The position numbers were made by a program, and so were the translations under genes. Positions 61,586 through 64,000 of a stretch of 64,000 nucleotides of DNA are shown here, piece by piece (the stretch's first letter is position 1; every line of letters begins with the position of its first letter). A model generated the notes under the pieces. That model had not been told where the DNA came from and ran no database searches. It saw only the letters and a program-made list of their open reading frames with translations. The DNA lies in the sequence record MZ501268.1; one strand, 5' to 3'.

Positions 61586-63877
61586 ATGGCATTGAAACTT
61601 CTGCATGTAGCTAATACCGCCGACATGCTGTCACGCATCCAGTCTCAGATTAACTCCGGTCATGCTACAGGCGACCAAGCTGTAGTTAAAAGCTATGGCA
61701 TGGAATCTCTGGACCAGGTTTCTCTGGGCGCGCAGGACACTGCTATCAAGAACGGCGTTGAAGTCATCACTAGCGTGATTGCTCAGGGTACTGCATCTGA
61801 TGGCGTAGCTTATAAAGGCAATGGCCTGGAAGGCTTCTCTGACGCACAGATCCAGGCTGCTGGTATCGCACTGTCAATCGGTAAAGATTTCCAGGGCTAC
61901 ACCAACGCACTGAAAAACAACGCCGCACGCGCCATGAGCGCATCTGACCTGTCCCTGGTTTCTGGTAGCCGCTACGGTTCTGCCAACATGAAACAGGGCT
62001 ACGGTACCGAAGCTTTCGAACAGGCTCAGAGCTTTGTTCCTCAGCAGAACGCGACCGTTGAGTACAACCTGAAAGCGGCTAAGCAGGATGCCGTTGGTGA
62101 AGCCTTCTTCCCAACTACTACCCTGACGCCAAACGACATCGGTCTGAGCGTAACTGTTCCGGTTGACATCGTTGAGCCTTTCATCAAGCACAAAGCAAAT
62201 GGCGAAGTGACGGATTGGCAGCGTAAGAAGCTCATCAACGCAATGCGTGACCCGACCATCCTGCGTAACGATGCGATCAAACTGATCCCTTATCGTCCAG
62301 CTGACGGTTCCAACGACGGCCAGTTCGCTGTAGGCGTTCCTGCCTTCAACGAAACCCAGGGCGGCGAAGAAGTCCCAACTGGCGCACTGAAGCCTGGTAT
62401 CAAAATCGGCTTCATGGGTCTGTGCTCTACTCCTTCACTGGTTCAGGCCGGTGCACTGGAAGCTTCTGATCAGATCGACACTGGCGCACGCCTGCAATAC
62501 ATCTGGGTAGAAGTGGCTAACGCCTCTGGCACCAAAGAGCTGTTCAAACTGCGTACTGATCACCTGGATCGTTCTACTTTCCAGAAATCTCAGGAAGGCG
62601 ACAAATTCGAGACGTCTCTGGACTTCTCTAACGTCACCATCGCACTGAACGAACTGACCAAAACTGCGGACAACACTGCATCAGCTCTGCTGGCGCCGTT
62701 AGTAACCTCTGGTCAGCAGGCAGTTCTGGCACTGGACATCAAAGGTACCATGAACCACGAGAAAGGCAGCCTGGTAGTTAACTCGCTGACCAACCCTTCC
62801 GTGATCCGTATCTATGATACCATCGCTAAAGAAGATGCGAACACCAAGTCTGGTGCTCTGCGTGACGCAATCGACGCACTGACCATTACCTTCAAAGGTT
62901 ACTTCGTTCGTGCCAACCTGCGTAACAGCAACTTCCGTACTCGCGAGCAGCGTGTTGATCGCCAGACTTCTGTGTACAAGTACATGGTACAGCTGGGCGC
63001 ACCAATCACTGCAATCGCTCCGGCAACTGACGCGTGGGGCCCGAAAGAGTCTATCGCTGTTGAAACCCTGAGCAACGCAACCTACGCCCGTAACTCCGCA
63101 ATGGCTATCAGCCGTCTGCTGGACTACGTTGAAACCATCCGTGATGCGGGTGTGACCAACAACGGCCTGTGGCAGCGTTACGATGAGAACAGCATCGAAG
63201 GCGTTGGTAAAGCAGTAGTTGATCCATGGTACGGCGAAGGTTCTTACGATATCTCCAAGATCGTAAACGGTGTTAAATCTTCTCAGACCCGTGATGACGT
63301 TTCTGAAAAGATCCTGAACATCCTGCGTACCTACGCATACCGCATGAACGCCGAGTCTGGCTACAACGTTGCACTGCAGATGCTGTACAACGAAGTTCAG
63401 CCAACGCTGGTTATCGCAACCGACAACATCATCGCGCAGTACCTGATGGAAGTTGGTGACCTCCGCACAGCTGGTATCAGCTTCAAAGTGCACGTGGCCA
63501 CCACCAACAACATCGAAATGCGTGGCAAGATCCTGATGACTCTGTCCCGTATGAAAGCGGGTGGTCTGGATCTGTTGACCTTCGGTATGCACCTGTGGGT
63601 TCCTGAGATCGTTGCTACTGTTAACGTTATGCGTAACGGTACCTACATCGAAGAAACCATGGTACAGCCGCGTAACCTGCATGTGGTTGTTTGCCCGATT
63701 GTTGCAAACATCACCATCACTGGTCTGGAAGATGCATACACCGGTAAGATCACTATCGCAACTGATATCGTGAGCGAGCCTGAGTCTGCTGGTTCCCAAG
63801 ACCTGGGTGGCCTGAACACTGATCCAGCTACCACTACCGGTACTGGTTCTACTGCTAACGGCGGCGCTGGCGCGTAA
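61586..63877 (+). CDS. Major capsid protein (gp120-like)
   Basis: 763 aa; propeptide with GME, GLE and GTE sites; QDAVGEAFFPT; AAGGA RBS; synteny. Confidence 0.9.
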   Translation: MALKLLHVANTADMLSRIQSQINSGHATGDQAVVKSYGMESLDQVSLGAQDTAIKNGVEVITSVIAQGTASDGVAYKGNGLEGFSDAQIQAAGIALSIGKDFQGYTNALKNNAARAMSASDLSLVSGSRYGSANMKQGYGTEAFEQAQSFVPQQNATVEYNLKAAKQDAVGEAFFPTTTLTPNDIGLSVTVPVDIVEPFIKHKANGEVTDWQRKKLINAMRDPTILRNDAIKLIPYRPADGSNDGQFAVGVPAFNETQGGEEVPTGALKPGIKIGFMGLCSTPSLVQAGALEASDQIDTGARLQYIWVEVANASGTKELFKLRTDHLDRSTFQKSQEGDKFETSLDFSNVTIALNELTKTADNTASALLAPLVTSGQQAVLALDIKGTMNHEKGSLVVNSLTNPSVIRIYDTIAKEDANTKSGALRDAIDALTITFKGYFVRANLRNSNFRTREQRVDRQTSVYKYMVQLGAPITAIAPATDAWGPKESIAVETLSNATYARNSAMAISRLLDYVETIRDAGVTNNGLWQRYDENSIEGVGKAVVDPWYGEGSYDISKIVNGVKSSQTRDDVSEKILNILRTYAYRMNAESGYNVALQMLYNEVQPTLVIATDNIIAQYLMEVGDLRTAGISFKVHVATTNNIEMRGKILMTLSRMKAGGLDLLTFGMHLWVPEIVATVNVMRNGTYIEETMVQPRNLHVVVCPIVANITITGLEDAYTGKITIATDIVSEPESAGSQDLGGLNTDPATTTGTGSTANGGAGA

Positions 63878-63906
63878 GCGTAATAAGTGAGTTAGTATTT
63901 ACTAAC

Positions 63907-63947
63907 GCATAGACGAGGGAGGGGCGAAAGCTCCTCCCTTTATGCCG
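63907..63947 (+). terminator. Terminator after the capsid gene
   Basis: GCATA..AGGGAGGGGC-GAAA-GCTCCTCCCT-TTATGCCG. Confidence 0.75.
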
Positions 63948-63962
63948 ATCTTAAAGTTTTAT

Positions 63963-63975
63963 AGACCTACATTAC
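63963..63975 (+). promoter_or_regulatory. Candidate phage promoter AGACCTACATTAC
   Basis: Directly after the capsid-gene terminator; matches 14620 and 54351. Confidence 0.55.
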
Positions 63976-64000
63976 GTAATAGATACAATAACAGCGCTAA

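Noticed and set aside
62699-63799. 366-aa minus-strand ORF
   Set aside because: Antisense to the major capsid gene; a by-product of its strong codon bias.

Overview
A 64 kb segment of a phiKZ-like, nucleus-forming jumbo phage (Chimalliviridae-type). The core genes follow the phiKZ gp74-gp120 order: non-virion RNAP beta' C-terminal subunit, SF2 helicase, a gp76/77/78-like leftward block, gp79-like, virion RNAP beta' subunit (gp80-like), the exonuclease-bearing half of a split family-B DNA polymerase (gp82-like), head and inner-body proteins with repeated [SAG]-x-E processing motifs, baseplate genes, DnaB-like helicase and major capsid protein. The gp numbers come from remembered synteny and protein size, not from a search. 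Accessory blocks sit between the core genes, mostly bounded by terminator hairpins and often preceded by an ACCTACATTA-like promoter motif. Best candidates: (1) a T-TTT-TTT slippery site near the end of the gp77-like gene, whose -1 frame has no start codon nearby and stays open for 153 codons, resembling a G/GT tail-chaperone frameshift; (2) a Tad2/DUF2829-like anti-defence sponge candidate; (3) an inserted three-gene cassette with a 1107-aa collagen-and-knob fibre; (4) a degenerate paralog of the prohead protease; (5) tandem TYW3-like genes; (6) a four-gene divergent paralog array. I saw no tRNA, rRNA, CRISPR array, intein or mobile element by eye.
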